From a virus: 64,000 bases of DNA. Shown here piece after piece: positions 46,673 through 56,362 of this stretch. The position numbers and the translations under genes are program-made. The stretch is taken from IMG/VR virus record IMGVR_UViG_3300050343_000212; one strand, given 5' to 3'. The notes below the pieces were generated by a model. The model ran no database searches, was not told where the DNA came from, and saw only the letters and a list, made by a program, of their open reading frames with translations. Within the stretch, counting starts at the first letter, position 1; each line of letters begins with the position of its first letter.

Positions 46673-48055
46673 TTAACTGTATACGAGTTGATTAATTATA
46701 TTTGTCATATCATACGATTTTACATAAATCTTATTGTCAGCGTCGCTCGCTCCCATCCAGACCAGTTTCTTCTGACCATAACCAGGACCATTACTATTCT
46801 CATTTCCAAATGTAAACATTTGAGAAGAGTAGTTAATTGTACCCACTGAAAAACTTGAAAATAATCCAGTTTTATACTGGTACTGGTTGTCATAACCAAT
46901 TAATTTAGAGACTTCTAAAATATTTGATGAAGTTACTACACAAGTGTTGGGGTCAAATTTAAATTTCATAAATTTACCACCTGGATAGTGTTGTAACCAC
47001 TCATCTTGTCCTATATTCCAACAGAATGTAACTGCTTTATACGATCCAGCTCTAGCCAATGATAGTACTGATTGAGATCCATCAGTTAACGCTGTGAAAG
47101 TTCCACTAGTATCAATTTTGTAAACTGTACCAGCATCCCAAAATACCACGTTACCACTAGAAAGGTGGAAAAAATATCTAGTTTCTTGTAGACCCATTGA
47201 AGATCTTGCATTGGTCCAACTACCACTGGTTCTTACTTTACCATATAAACCTTCACTTACAGATAAAAAGTTACTATAATATGGTTGTGTGTAATTTGGA
47301 TCCCACTGCCAAAAACCATTTACTCCATAATTGGTAGATGTAGTAGAAGTAGTAAAAGCTTGATATTGAGTATTGGTCATGCTCAAAGAACTAGAACTAT
47401 AACTGAATTTGAATTCACAAGGAGCAGCCTTACTGTTACTGCCCGCATATACAGTGAGGTTCTGATTGACTGCCCCACCAATTCTACGTTCATTTGGTGC
47501 TACATAATTGATATTAGAACTATTTCCTTGTGGATAAAAAGTATTGTTTGAAGCTCTGGATGAACTTGAAGAACCACTAGTATTGTATATTAGTACAGCA
47601 TCATAACCATAGTTGTGACCAGTGCTACCACTGTTTGGGAGATTGCCAGAATAACAATATCTTCCAGTCCATTCATCAGAACATCTACTGAATGTAGAAT
47701 AATCACTTTGCTGTGATGTTTGATATACGTTAGTTATATTTTCTCTAGTAATGGCACCAGTTGTTTGATTCACAGAGAACAGTACAAATGTATGAGCAGC
47801 ATTTCCACTTCCATATGTGCCACTATTTTTCGTCATCATATTCATTCCAAAATATGCTTTGGTAGATGTGTCAAGACCTCTAATTCTAACAGCTTGAGCA
47901 TAAGCATCAAGGTTTGTTATCTGTAAGTTATAACCACCATCTTGAAGATTGGTGCTATAACTATCAAGAACAGGGCTTGCTCCAGTATATCCGCTACCAC
48001 CACCACCTGATGATCCAGAAGCACCAAATCCTCTAATTTCTGATAGTTTTGTCAT
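46673..48055 (-). CDS. Beta-rich putative receptor-binding protein
   Basis: 460 aa, MTKLSEIRGF + poly-Gly linker, followed by chaperone gene. Confidence 0.65.
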   Translation of the reverse strand: MTKLSEIRGFGASGSSGGGGSGYTGASPVLDSYSTNLQDGGYNLQITNLDAYAQAVRIRGLDTSTKAYFGMNMMTKNSGTYGSGNAAHTFVLFSVNQTTGAITRENITNVYQTSQQSDYSTFSRCSDEWTGRYCYSGNLPNSGSTGHNYGYDAVLIYNTSGSSSSSRASNNTFYPQGNSSNINYVAPNERRIGGAVNQNLTVYAGSNSKAAPCEFKFSYSSSSLSMTNTQYQAFTTSTTSTNYGVNGFWQWDPNYTQPYYSNFLSVSEGLYGKVRTSGSWTNARSSMGLQETRYFFHLSSGNVVFWDAGTVYKIDTSGTFTALTDGSQSVLSLARAGSYKAVTFCWNIGQDEWLQHYPGGKFMKFKFDPNTCVVTSSNILEVSKLIGYDNQYQYKTGLFSSFSVGTINYSSQMFTFGNENSNGPGYGQKKLVWMGASDADNKIYVKSYDMTNIINQLVYS

Positions 48056-48612
48056 TTAATCATCCACCCTGTTGAAGAAATGCCTGTATACGTTAAAGTA
48101 GCGGTTGCGTACTGCACATCTGCTTCCAAAGATGTTAAAGCACCTTGAATAACCGTTGCTGGTCCGGTAGCTGAGTCGTTTGGTACAATAAATAAACTAT
48201 TTGTATTAAATGTACCAGAGGCATCACTTATTCTTACATAATCGCCTATATTAACTGGATGTGGAAGATGTGCTGTAATAACACCAGCAGAGGTATTACT
48301 AAAATAATATCGATTAGCCTTAGTAGTCGTTACAAGACCATCAGCGTCTGGAGAAGTAATTGGAATAAAAGAAATTCCTAGACCAATGGGATCATTATCA
48401 ACATCCTCTAACCGAATACCAGTACTAGTTGATTTGATTAATGATGTAGTGCCACCACCGACAACTTTAACTTCATCAGTAGTTACACTATCCGCAGCAA
48501 TGTCAACCACTCCAACAATATTATTGCCAGTTAAATCTAAATTGTCTGCGTTTGCAAGTTCTTGAATTTGATTGGAACTTGAATTGGCAATGAGTGGAAA
48601 TCTATTAGCCAT
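48052..48612 (-). CDS. Tail fibre linker protein
   Basis: MANRFPLIAN; C-terminal NTSAGVITAHLP...GDYVRISDASGTFNTN...GW module. Confidence 0.7.
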   Translation of the reverse strand: MANRFPLIANSSSNQIQELANADNLDLTGNNIVGVVDIAADSVTTDEVKVVGGGTTSLIKSTSTGIRLEDVDNDPIGLGISFIPITSPDADGLVTTTKANRYYFSNTSAGVITAHLPHPVNIGDYVRISDASGTFNTNSLFIVPNDSATGPATVIQGALTSLEADVQYATATLTYTGISSTGWMIK

Positions 48613-48635
48613 TTTGAATTAAACTCCTATGTTGA

Positions 48636-48642
48636 TATTTAT
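48636..48642 (-). promoter_or_regulatory. Late promoter
   Basis: ATAAATA upstream of 48612. Confidence 0.6.
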
Positions 48643-49127
48643 CAAATATTGATGGGAACATTTCCACCAGCTCTATTGGAAACATTGAAAGTTTCTCCAG
48701 AAATGCCAAAAGTGACTGCAACTCCCGTTCTTACTCCAATTGTGAAAACAGCTCCACCACTACCTCCACCACCACCAAGATCTTTACCATAATCAGTAAT
48801 ATTAAGCGTAGAAATACCGGTAATGTTATGCCCATTACCGGTAATATAGTTGCCGGTTATTGTTCCAGATGCTGTAAGTGATCCAGTTGTAAGTATTCCA
48901 GCTGTAAGTGTCCCAGTAGCTGTAATTGTTCCAGCTGTAACTGTCCCTGGAACATCTAGATCAGTTGGGGCAAAATTGGCAACCTCTAGTGTAGTGGAGG
49001 TTAACTCTCCTCCACAGTCTAATGTTGATTTTGGCATTGTGCTAGCAATACCAACTCTACTATTCGCTACATCTATTGTAAATGTACCTGGACTAGCTAA
49101 ACTAGCAAGTTCTCTGGCTCTGCTCAT
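48642..49127 (-). CDS. Tail fibre linker protein
   Basis: MSRARELA...NSRVGIASTMP; GNGHNITGI. Confidence 0.65.
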   Translation of the reverse strand: MSRARELASLASPGTFTIDVANSRVGIASTMPKSTLDCGGELTSTTLEVANFAPTDLDVPGTVTAGTITATGTLTAGILTTGSLTASGTITGNYITGNGHNITGISTLNITDYGKDLGGGGGSGGAVFTIGVRTGVAVTFGISGETFNVSNRAGGNVPINI

Positions 49128-49145
49128 CGCACTGCTATTTTTAGT

Positions 49146-49152
49146 TATTTAT
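49146..49152 (-). promoter_or_regulatory. Late promoter
   Basis: ATAAATA-ACTAAAAA upstream of 49127. Confidence 0.65.
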
Positions 49153-49769
49153 CAACCAAACACATCAAGGTTAAATGAAGCACTGATTCTTTCTGAATCT
49201 GTTTGTTTTGTTGCAACATAGTGATTTAAATGAGAAGGAAACAATAAAATCTCTCCTTCTTTTGGTTCATGCACATAACCTATTGACGGAAAATGTGTTG
49301 GCTCACAATCTTTATCTTTAATATAGATGATAGATGACAATGATCCAGCATGACTGTGAACAGGATTGTCATCACCCTTGTATGTGAAATTCAACCAACA
49401 GTCATATCCATCATAGTGACCAGAGTAGTTACGAAGTTGAACCGCACGAGATCTAAAATCTTTAAATGTTTCGTTAGATGGATAAATAGATCTTAAATAA
49501 ATCTGACCAAAGTGGAGAATATATCCATAGAAAAATGAATGATCAATCATTGATCTTGGGACAGCTATCTGATATGAGTTATGATCAGTTCCGCCATTAC
49601 GATGATTAAGGAGTTCAGCATATGGATCATCCTTAATCTTCCTCATTGGTTCAATCCACAACTTGACTTCATCAAAGATTTTATCAGGTAGTTGTGTTTT
49701 GAATATAAGATTGGGTGTTTCACCAATCAGAGTAATATCGTCAAAGATTTCGTCAATAGTTTTCATCAT
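49152..49769 (-). CDS. 2OG-Fe(II) oxygenase-like protein
   Basis: WLNF...NPVHSH...LSSIIY...FPSHLNHYV...RISASFN. Confidence 0.8.
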   Translation of the reverse strand: MMKTIDEIFDDITLIGETPNLIFKTQLPDKIFDEVKLWIEPMRKIKDDPYAELLNHRNGGTDHNSYQIAVPRSMIDHSFFYGYILHFGQIYLRSIYPSNETFKDFRSRAVQLRNYSGHYDGYDCWLNFTYKGDDNPVHSHAGSLSSIIYIKDKDCEPTHFPSIGYVHEPKEGEILLFPSHLNHYVATKQTDSERISASFNLDVFG

Positions 49770-50533
49770 TCTTTAGCCATATCATTTGCACAGTGTGATC
49801 TCTCTCCATCTGATAAAACATAATGGAAGAACACTTGGTGGTAGAAAGTGTCATCTTTATGACCCAACTTACGAATAAGGTAATCACCGGTATGTCGTGA
49901 TACTAAAGGTTCTCTCCAGTGTGGTCTCTCACATCCTTTGTAAATCATACCATCACCAGGATTCAGACATACTGATCTCTTCTCACCTGATTCAACAATT
50001 TCACCCCTATTCTTTGGTTCGGAATATGTATCAGGTGTCTTGATCCACAGAGGCCAACATTCTTCTAGATTGGTATTGATGTGAACACTTACAGAAATCT
50101 CACAAGCTGGTCTATCCGCATGTAAAGAAAGACCCTGTCCTGCAAAATAGAAACGATCATAGTAGTAAGTATTATATAATTTTCTACCAATTACTTTCTC
50201 AAGTTTCTGACGAATACCTATGTGAATGTGACGATATTGTGGACGAGTGTAACAAGCTAATGATCCTTCTACTTGACCTTCCAAAGGATCAAAACTAAAT
50301 TGATCTTCTTTCTTACCCCAATAGTTCATTTGTCCCCTCATCTCTGGAACAGGAACAATTAATTCCTCTGGATCCCACAGATCTTTAACTACAATATATC
50401 CATCTTTGTCAAACTGTTCATTCCTTGTCCAGGATGATCCAGTATGAACCCTCTCTTGGAACTGAAGTTGTTCCAATGTCATATGTTCTGCCATATCTAC
50501 CTCACTTCCAACGAGGTCCGACAGTCCATCCAA
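49766..50533 (-). CDS. 2OG-Fe(II) oxygenase-like protein
   Basis: LHADRPACEISVSV...GDGMIYKGCERPHWREP...QVFFHYV. Confidence 0.8.
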   Translation of the reverse strand: MDGLSDLVGSEVDMAEHMTLEQLQFQERVHTGSSWTRNEQFDKDGYIVVKDLWDPEELIVPVPEMRGQMNYWGKKEDQFSFDPLEGQVEGSLACYTRPQYRHIHIGIRQKLEKVIGRKLYNTYYYDRFYFAGQGLSLHADRPACEISVSVHINTNLEECWPLWIKTPDTYSEPKNRGEIVESGEKRSVCLNPGDGMIYKGCERPHWREPLVSRHTGDYLIRKLGHKDDTFYHQVFFHYVLSDGERSHCANDMAKE

Positions 50534-51122
50534 CGATAGACTTACGAAGACCAGATTTTACAGGAAGAACCCTATGCATCGTTCTTGAATCAAAGAGAAT
50601 AACAGTTCCCCTTTTCCTTGGAGCAAAGTAATTATTACCAGCTTCATCTAACATTTGAAGATTCCCACCCTCATAATCATCAGGATCTGATAGTTGCAGG
50701 ACAAAAGAAAGCTTCCTTACAAGTTCAGTATTCTCATTTACAAAGTCTTGTGCAAGTCCTTCCGTTCTATTACCAACCGTTGCTGGTTTATATGCTCCAG
50801 CAATACCAGCATCATTATGCCAACTATAGAATTGACCAACATCATACTGAGTGTATTGCATTGATTCACCATCAATACACCTCAGATCATATAAGAAGTT
50901 TTCTCTATTTGCTCTAGAAATATAATGCCACATAAACCCACCTAACCAATGATTGGTGGGAACCCATGCGTTTTTGGAGTTTCTTTTTTCTTTGTTCAGT
51001 GCGTCTCCCATGAGGCGAGAATCTCCCATCTGAGGATCAAATGTCTCAGTTAGGTCTTTCTCGATCAGGTCAACCACTTCTTCAGGTATATCCGTATAAT
51101 ACCATACTGATTGAAATGCCAT
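50502..51122 (-). CDS. PKHD-type/prolyl-4-hydroxylase-like 2OG-Fe(II) oxygenase
   Basis: WHND...RKLSFVLQLSDPDDYEGG...FDSRTMHRVLPVKSGLRKSIVGW. Confidence 0.85.
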   Translation of the reverse strand: MAFQSVWYYTDIPEEVVDLIEKDLTETFDPQMGDSRLMGDALNKEKRNSKNAWVPTNHWLGGFMWHYISRANRENFLYDLRCIDGESMQYTQYDVGQFYSWHNDAGIAGAYKPATVGNRTEGLAQDFVNENTELVRKLSFVLQLSDPDDYEGGNLQMLDEAGNNYFAPRKRGTVILFDSRTMHRVLPVKSGLRKSIVGWTVGPRWK

Positions 51123-51171
51123 CTATTCAATAATGTATTCAGGTGTATTATATATCATCAATTATAGAAGG

Positions 51172-51915
51172 TCAATCCGTAACTGTAATTGTAACTGATG
51201 ATGTGTATCCAACAACTCCACTTTCTTGTGGAGCGAATGCAATTCTATACTCACCAGAATGAGATGTGTCAGTGAGAATTCCAGTGTTAATTGTTGCACT
51301 TAACGATAAATCTTCACTTTCGATTGTACCCAAATAATCCAAATAAATCCAAGTTGGATTATTACCATCAATATCTACTACTAATCTCTGCATTGCTGCT
51401 TCCATTTTATCTTTAGAAACAGTAGCAGATGCACTAACATCTACTGAAGATCCTACAGAAACACTTACAGTTGTGGGAGAAGGTTGTGTATTGATAGTGA
51501 CAAGTTGTGGAGTGAATAGAAACCACCCAGTTGAAGAATCTTTCTGATGTTCAGTTTCATTCCAGTAGTAAAAATATCCTAACTCGCGGTCTTCATCAGT
51601 GATTGATGGTTCATCATTTCCATTTGGTGGTTGCCAAAATGCATTAGAGTCCAAAACCCAAGAAGGAAAGGGAGAAGGATCATGAAAAGCATCATGTGTA
51701 GAACTGTATACCATTCCTGTTGAAGGAAACGCTCTTCTGATTTTCATCGAATAAGAACATTGTTTCCAATTAGTGTCGGATCCGTAGAGAGTCTTACAGA
51801 ATGCAACACCAATATCTTCACTCTCTACACCATTTCCGTCACTGGTGTTTTTATTTGAAACAACAATAACGCGCTGAACAATATTGTTGTCATCTAATTC
51901 AGCAAAATGAGCCAT
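51172..51915 (-). CDS. Conserved tail-associated protein with C-terminal Ig-like extension
   Basis: MAHFAELDDNNIVQRVIVV...WKQCSY...DAFHDPSPFPSW. Confidence 0.7.
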   Translation of the reverse strand: MAHFAELDDNNIVQRVIVVSNKNTSDGNGVESEDIGVAFCKTLYGSDTNWKQCSYSMKIRRAFPSTGMVYSSTHDAFHDPSPFPSWVLDSNAFWQPPNGNDEPSITDEDRELGYFYYWNETEHQKDSSTGWFLFTPQLVTINTQPSPTTVSVSVGSSVDVSASATVSKDKMEAAMQRLVVDIDGNNPTWIYLDYLGTIESEDLSLSATINTGILTDTSHSGEYRIAFAPQESGVVGYTSSVTITVTD

Positions 51916-51939
51916 TTTAAACTTAACCTCTTTGTGTAA

Positions 51940-51946
51940 TATTTAT
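51940..51946 (-). promoter_or_regulatory. Late promoter
   Basis: ATAAATA upstream of 51915. Confidence 0.6.
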
Positions 51947-53670
51947 TATGCACCAGGGTGTGCGTATCTGATCATCATAACTCCAGATCCACCTGGAACA
52001 CCATACCATTGGCCAGGACCTGGTGTTTGAAGATCTCCAGTAGGACCACCAGGTGTATATCCACCACCACCGCCTCCACCTGTATTTTCAAAACCAGCTT
52101 GCGCCATAAATGTTGGATTAGGATTTGGAGGATTTGTTTGATAAGCTCCATCACCACCTCCACCATTACCACCTCTTGCGGAATTGTTCGGTGTCCAGTA
52201 CTGATTTGGACCCTGTGGCCAACTGGCACTAGCGTCAGCATAGACTGCAGGGCCACCACCACCTCCAACTACACCTCCTGGGCCCATCTCATTAGTAAGT
52301 GTGAGTGGTACTGACATGAGTGCCAGTTGAGTTCCAGGAAATTCAGGATTAGGTTTACCACTTCCACCACCGCCACCGGCCTTGTGGTTGGGATTTGGTC
52401 CAGCTGGACCTTGGGGAGGACTGTTAGTTACAGTACCACCGGATCCACCAGCACCACCGCCACCTCCTCCCATATAGGTAGATCCACCCCACCTAGGACT
52501 GGGATTAACTGATGTAGTTCCACCAGGATAACCTTGTTGATTTGGTGACGGATATGAAACTCCTTGTCCAGCAAAAATACCAGCAAAGTTTCCAGAATTA
52601 GGATTAGGACTAGTTGCATACCCTGGATTATAAGATGGAGGCGACCATGGACTCGAAACACCATATGTGCCACCACCACCTGATCCACCAGGTTGTCCGG
52701 CTTGATGATATGTTGGTGTAGATTGATTCTGTTGAGAGGGTCGCTGGTAACTTGGTGACGGATAACCAAACTCTCTGCCAAGGCCACCACGACCACCACC
52801 GTAAGCAACAATTGTACCTACTGGAGTAGGTCCGAATGATGAATTCTGACCTGGTGATGCTTGCACTGGCCATGTACCGGGAGTGTTAGGCGGACTTGTT
52901 GGCGGAGCAGTTGTTCCACCTGGATTATTAAACGTTCCAGGACCACCAGCTCCAATAGTAACAGTATAGCTACCTGCAGGTAAATTGTTTGAGTTATAGT
53001 TCTTGATATACCCACCAGCTCCTCCTCCACCACCGGAGTAATAGGTACCACCGCCACCACCGCCACCACCTATTATAAAGTAAGCAAAGTCATCTGCAGC
53101 TGTACTGGGTCCACTAAATGTAGCAATACCCGAAGAGGTAAAGACGTGATATTTGTGATATCCAGTTGGTGATGTAGGTGATACAATTACTTGTTCATAG
53201 TCACCACCTTGAACATCAAAGACTGTTACACCAGTTCTAAATGTATATCCATCTTGAGCGGCAAGGGGATCATTGTAAGTGCCCGCGATACCAGCACCTG
53301 GGAATGAGATATGGTAATTGGTGAAAAATTCAAAGTTTCCAGCTGATGTATCAAGTTGGAGAACATTACTTGCAATAGTAACACCCACACCTGCAGTACC
53401 ACCATTAGTGATTGCAAATGATTCATAAACAGAACTATCAGATGATTTTATAATCTGAATAGTACCAGTTCCGTAAAACTTTATAGGTTGGTCAAATGTA
53501 AACTGAAACTGACTAGTCGATACCTGAACATCTGTTGACAGTGCAAGTGGACTATATTGTACGATCTTAGGTGCAAACCTAAGACCATCTGCATTTCCAC
53601 TAACACCATCGACAAATTCAACGGTACCACCACTAAGGCTTCTTACTCTATTAACTCTTAAATCTGACAT
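51946..53670 (-). CDS. Ig-like + glycine-rich tail fibre protein
   Basis: SbsA/Big_5-like domain (QFTFDQPI...YHISFP) then YHVFTSSG...GGGGG...GGSGVMMIRY. Confidence 0.75.
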   Translation of the reverse strand: MSDLRVNRVRSLSGGTVEFVDGVSGNADGLRFAPKIVQYSPLALSTDVQVSTSQFQFTFDQPIKFYGTGTIQIIKSSDSSVYESFAITNGGTAGVGVTIASNVLQLDTSAGNFEFFTNYHISFPGAGIAGTYNDPLAAQDGYTFRTGVTVFDVQGGDYEQVIVSPTSPTGYHKYHVFTSSGIATFSGPSTAADDFAYFIIGGGGGGGGTYYSGGGGGAGGYIKNYNSNNLPAGSYTVTIGAGGPGTFNNPGGTTAPPTSPPNTPGTWPVQASPGQNSSFGPTPVGTIVAYGGGRGGLGREFGYPSPSYQRPSQQNQSTPTYHQAGQPGGSGGGGTYGVSSPWSPPSYNPGYATSPNPNSGNFAGIFAGQGVSYPSPNQQGYPGGTTSVNPSPRWGGSTYMGGGGGGAGGSGGTVTNSPPQGPAGPNPNHKAGGGGGSGKPNPEFPGTQLALMSVPLTLTNEMGPGGVVGGGGGPAVYADASASWPQGPNQYWTPNNSARGGNGGGGDGAYQTNPPNPNPTFMAQAGFENTGGGGGGGYTPGGPTGDLQTPGPGQWYGVPGGSGVMMIRYAHPGA

Positions 53671-53685
53671 TTTGGTACCTCCTTA

Positions 53686-55467
53686 TTATGAACCAGGGTG
53701 TGCATATCTGAACATCATAACTCCAGATCCACCATTTTGACCTAACCATTGGCCAGGTGCTGGTGTTGGATATATTCCAGTGGGCCCACCAGGTGACTTT
53801 CCGCCACCGCCTCCAGAACCAGTGTGTTCTGCACCTCTTGTGGCAAACGTCCCTGGGGTTTGGGGATCGTAGTGGAATCCTCTACCACCACCACCATTAC
53901 CACCTACGTTAGGTCCTGAAGGCCAGCCAGTCGGCGGACCTGTCATGTATCTACTACCGCCACCACCACCAGCGAGATATCCATTTGGACCTAATTCCTG
54001 TACAAAGGGAGCAGGGAATCCAGGTATCAATGACATTCCAGGACCAGGGAATTCGGGAGTAGTTTTTCCATTTCCACCTCCTGATGGTGGAATTGGGCCC
54101 GAGAGATCGTTATTGTTAGTACCACCACCGCCACCGGCACCACCGGCTCCACCCCCACCAGAACCACTACCTGCACCATACATAGAAGATTGTCCATTCA
54201 TATAAACGGGACCACCAGGATAACCTTGTTGGTTTGGTGACGGATATGATGCACCACTACATCCTGTAATGTTTATTCTTGTATATGTATACTGATAAAG
54301 ATAACTTGGATAATAAGCAGAGATACTATGACCACCACCTGATCCACCAGGTGCTCCACCGGTATTCAATTGGTTATCATTCCAGTTTGTCGTTGGGTAT
54401 GGTTGACTCGTTGGAGACGGTGGTAGTGGTGCCGGTGACCAGTTTGGATTCGACGGTTGTGGCATAGACGATGGAATAGTGGTATTCCACCACTTAATCC
54501 TGATTGGAGCCTGACTGGGATCACCCGGAGAAGGAGGTTGATTACCACGAATACTACCATGGCCACCTGCTCCACCACCATATGCAATAACTGTTCCTAC
54601 TGGTGTAGGTCCAAATGTTGAATTGCCACCAGGTGATGGAATTACAGTATATACAGCTGGGCTAGGTGATTTCGATTCATTTGGTGTAGTTGGTGGAGCT
54701 CCACTTGTTCCAGTTGGCCAACTCCAACAACCAGAACCACCACCTCCGATAGAAACAGTGTAGTTTTTAGCTGGTAAATTGTTTGAATTGTAATTCTTTA
54801 CATAACCACCAGCACCACCGCCACCGGCACCTGGATCATAGTAACTACAATGTGCAGAACCTCCACCACCACCACCACCGACCATTACATAAGCAAAGTC
54901 TACAGCTGAAGCTGATGGTGATTGGAATGTCGCAATACCAGAACTGGTAAAGACATTATACTTATAATATCCAGTTGGTGATGTAGGTGATACAATTACT
55001 TGTTCAAAATCACCACCTTGAATATTAAAATCTACAAATTCCGTTTGGAACTGATAATTAGTAACTGGTTCAATGAACGAACCTAATGTGTTTGCAATAC
55101 CAACAGGTGGTAAGGTAACAAAGTAAGTTTGACCAGTAGCCAAATCATCCTTTGGATTGATAATAAGAGTTTGACCAACAAAATTTGCTTCAGATGATAC
55201 ACCACAAGTAAATGAAGTAGTGATTGTTCCGGTTGCCGAACCCTCACGAATGCGAATGGTACCAATACCACTGAATTGCATCGTTTGGTTGAAACCAATC
55301 TGAATGTTGGTGGTAATGCCAACGTTGGTAGCAAGTTGTGCAGGGTTGAAAGATGTTGTACCTGGTTTTAGTATAAGATTATCAGCAGAAGCAACGATAC
55401 CCTTATCAAAGATTACTGGTCCGTCATCATTCTGATTAGTGATGTTATCTACTCTAAGTTGAGCCAT
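53686..55467 (-). CDS. Ig-like + glycine-rich tail fibre protein (paralogue of 51946..53670)
   Basis: Same architecture; shared nucleotide blocks. Confidence 0.75.
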   Translation of the reverse strand: MAQLRVDNITNQNDDGPVIFDKGIVASADNLILKPGTTSFNPAQLATNVGITTNIQIGFNQTMQFSGIGTIRIREGSATGTITTSFTCGVSSEANFVGQTLIINPKDDLATGQTYFVTLPPVGIANTLGSFIEPVTNYQFQTEFVDFNIQGGDFEQVIVSPTSPTGYYKYNVFTSSGIATFQSPSASAVDFAYVMVGGGGGGGSAHCSYYDPGAGGGGAGGYVKNYNSNNLPAKNYTVSIGGGGSGCWSWPTGTSGAPPTTPNESKSPSPAVYTVIPSPGGNSTFGPTPVGTVIAYGGGAGGHGSIRGNQPPSPGDPSQAPIRIKWWNTTIPSSMPQPSNPNWSPAPLPPSPTSQPYPTTNWNDNQLNTGGAPGGSGGGHSISAYYPSYLYQYTYTRINITGCSGASYPSPNQQGYPGGPVYMNGQSSMYGAGSGSGGGGAGGAGGGGGTNNNDLSGPIPPSGGGNGKTTPEFPGPGMSLIPGFPAPFVQELGPNGYLAGGGGGSRYMTGPPTGWPSGPNVGGNGGGGRGFHYDPQTPGTFATRGAEHTGSGGGGGKSPGGPTGIYPTPAPGQWLGQNGGSGVMMFRYAHPGS

Positions 55468-55480
55468 TTTCTATTCCTCC

Positions 55481-56362
55481 TTATACAATAGTGAAACTAT
55501 TACCAGCACCAACGGTGACTGTTACACCCACACCACTAATGGTGATTGGACCAAACATACCATAATTATATCCGGGTTCTGTTAGTTGAATACTAGTTGT
55601 TATAGAGTTGGGATTAGAGAATACAAATCCTGTATTAACACCAACTGTGGACAGTCCAGCTCCACCACCGCCTCCTCCTTGAATACTGATATCAACTTGA
55701 GTACCAGTTACCTTGAAAGTGTTACCTGCACCGATGAAGTTTAATGTTTCGATAGCATCAGTAGTAACGACAGTTCCACCGGAACTAATACCGATACCCT
55801 TAACACCACCTGAGAATGTACCAACACCACTAACAACCAGTGTGTCTGCAACCACATTAGATGTGTTAGCCAAACCTGTAATTGTTACATTACCAGTTGA
55901 AGAATCAACTGAAATGTTATCACCAGCTGTAATAGTGGTTACAATACCAGTAAAATTTGATCCATTACTACCATCGGTTACAATACCAGTAAGTTGTGAT
56001 CCATCACCAATAAAACTACCTTGGATTGTGCCACCAGCTGTAATGTTTCCACCAGCAGTGAAATCACCATCAGAAGATGATATAATACTAACTATATCGA
56101 ACGCTTTATAAGCTACAAGTTCTAATGAGTCCCCACTCTGTGCTGGAATTGTCAGACTAACTGTCTGTTTATCATTAGCAGTATAGTCAAGTCCATTGAC
56201 TAATTTTGATCCATTCAGAAAGACATCGATAAATCCAACGTCATATCCTGAAGAGAATGTGAATGATGAAGTTGAACCTGATACCACATACGATTGACGA
56301 GCAAAACGAACAGATGTGTCTCCAGGATTTCTACCTAGATATCCTCCTCTATCACCAGCCAT
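55481..56362 (-). CDS. Tail fibre linker protein
   Basis: GYLGRNP...IDVFLNGSKL N-domain; FIGDGSQLTGI; ends GPITISG...TVGAGNSFTIV. Confidence 0.7.
   Translation of the reverse strand: MAGDRGGYLGRNPGDTSVRFARQSYVVSGSTSSFTFSSGYDVGFIDVFLNGSKLVNGLDYTANDKQTVSLTIPAQSGDSLELVAYKAFDIVSIISSSDGDFTAGGNITAGGTIQGSFIGDGSQLTGIVTDGSNGSNFTGIVTTITAGDNISVDSSTGNVTITGLANTSNVVADTLVVSGVGTFSGGVKGIGISSGGTVVTTDAIETLNFIGAGNTFKVTGTQVDISIQGGGGGGAGLSTVGVNTGFVFSNPNSITTSIQLTEPGYNYGMFGPITISGVGVTVTVGAGNSFTIV

Noticed and set aside
51946-55467. Diversity-generating retroelement TR/VR pair
   Set aside because: Both copies are full coding paralogues, mismatches are not adenine-specific, and no reverse transcriptase is in the window
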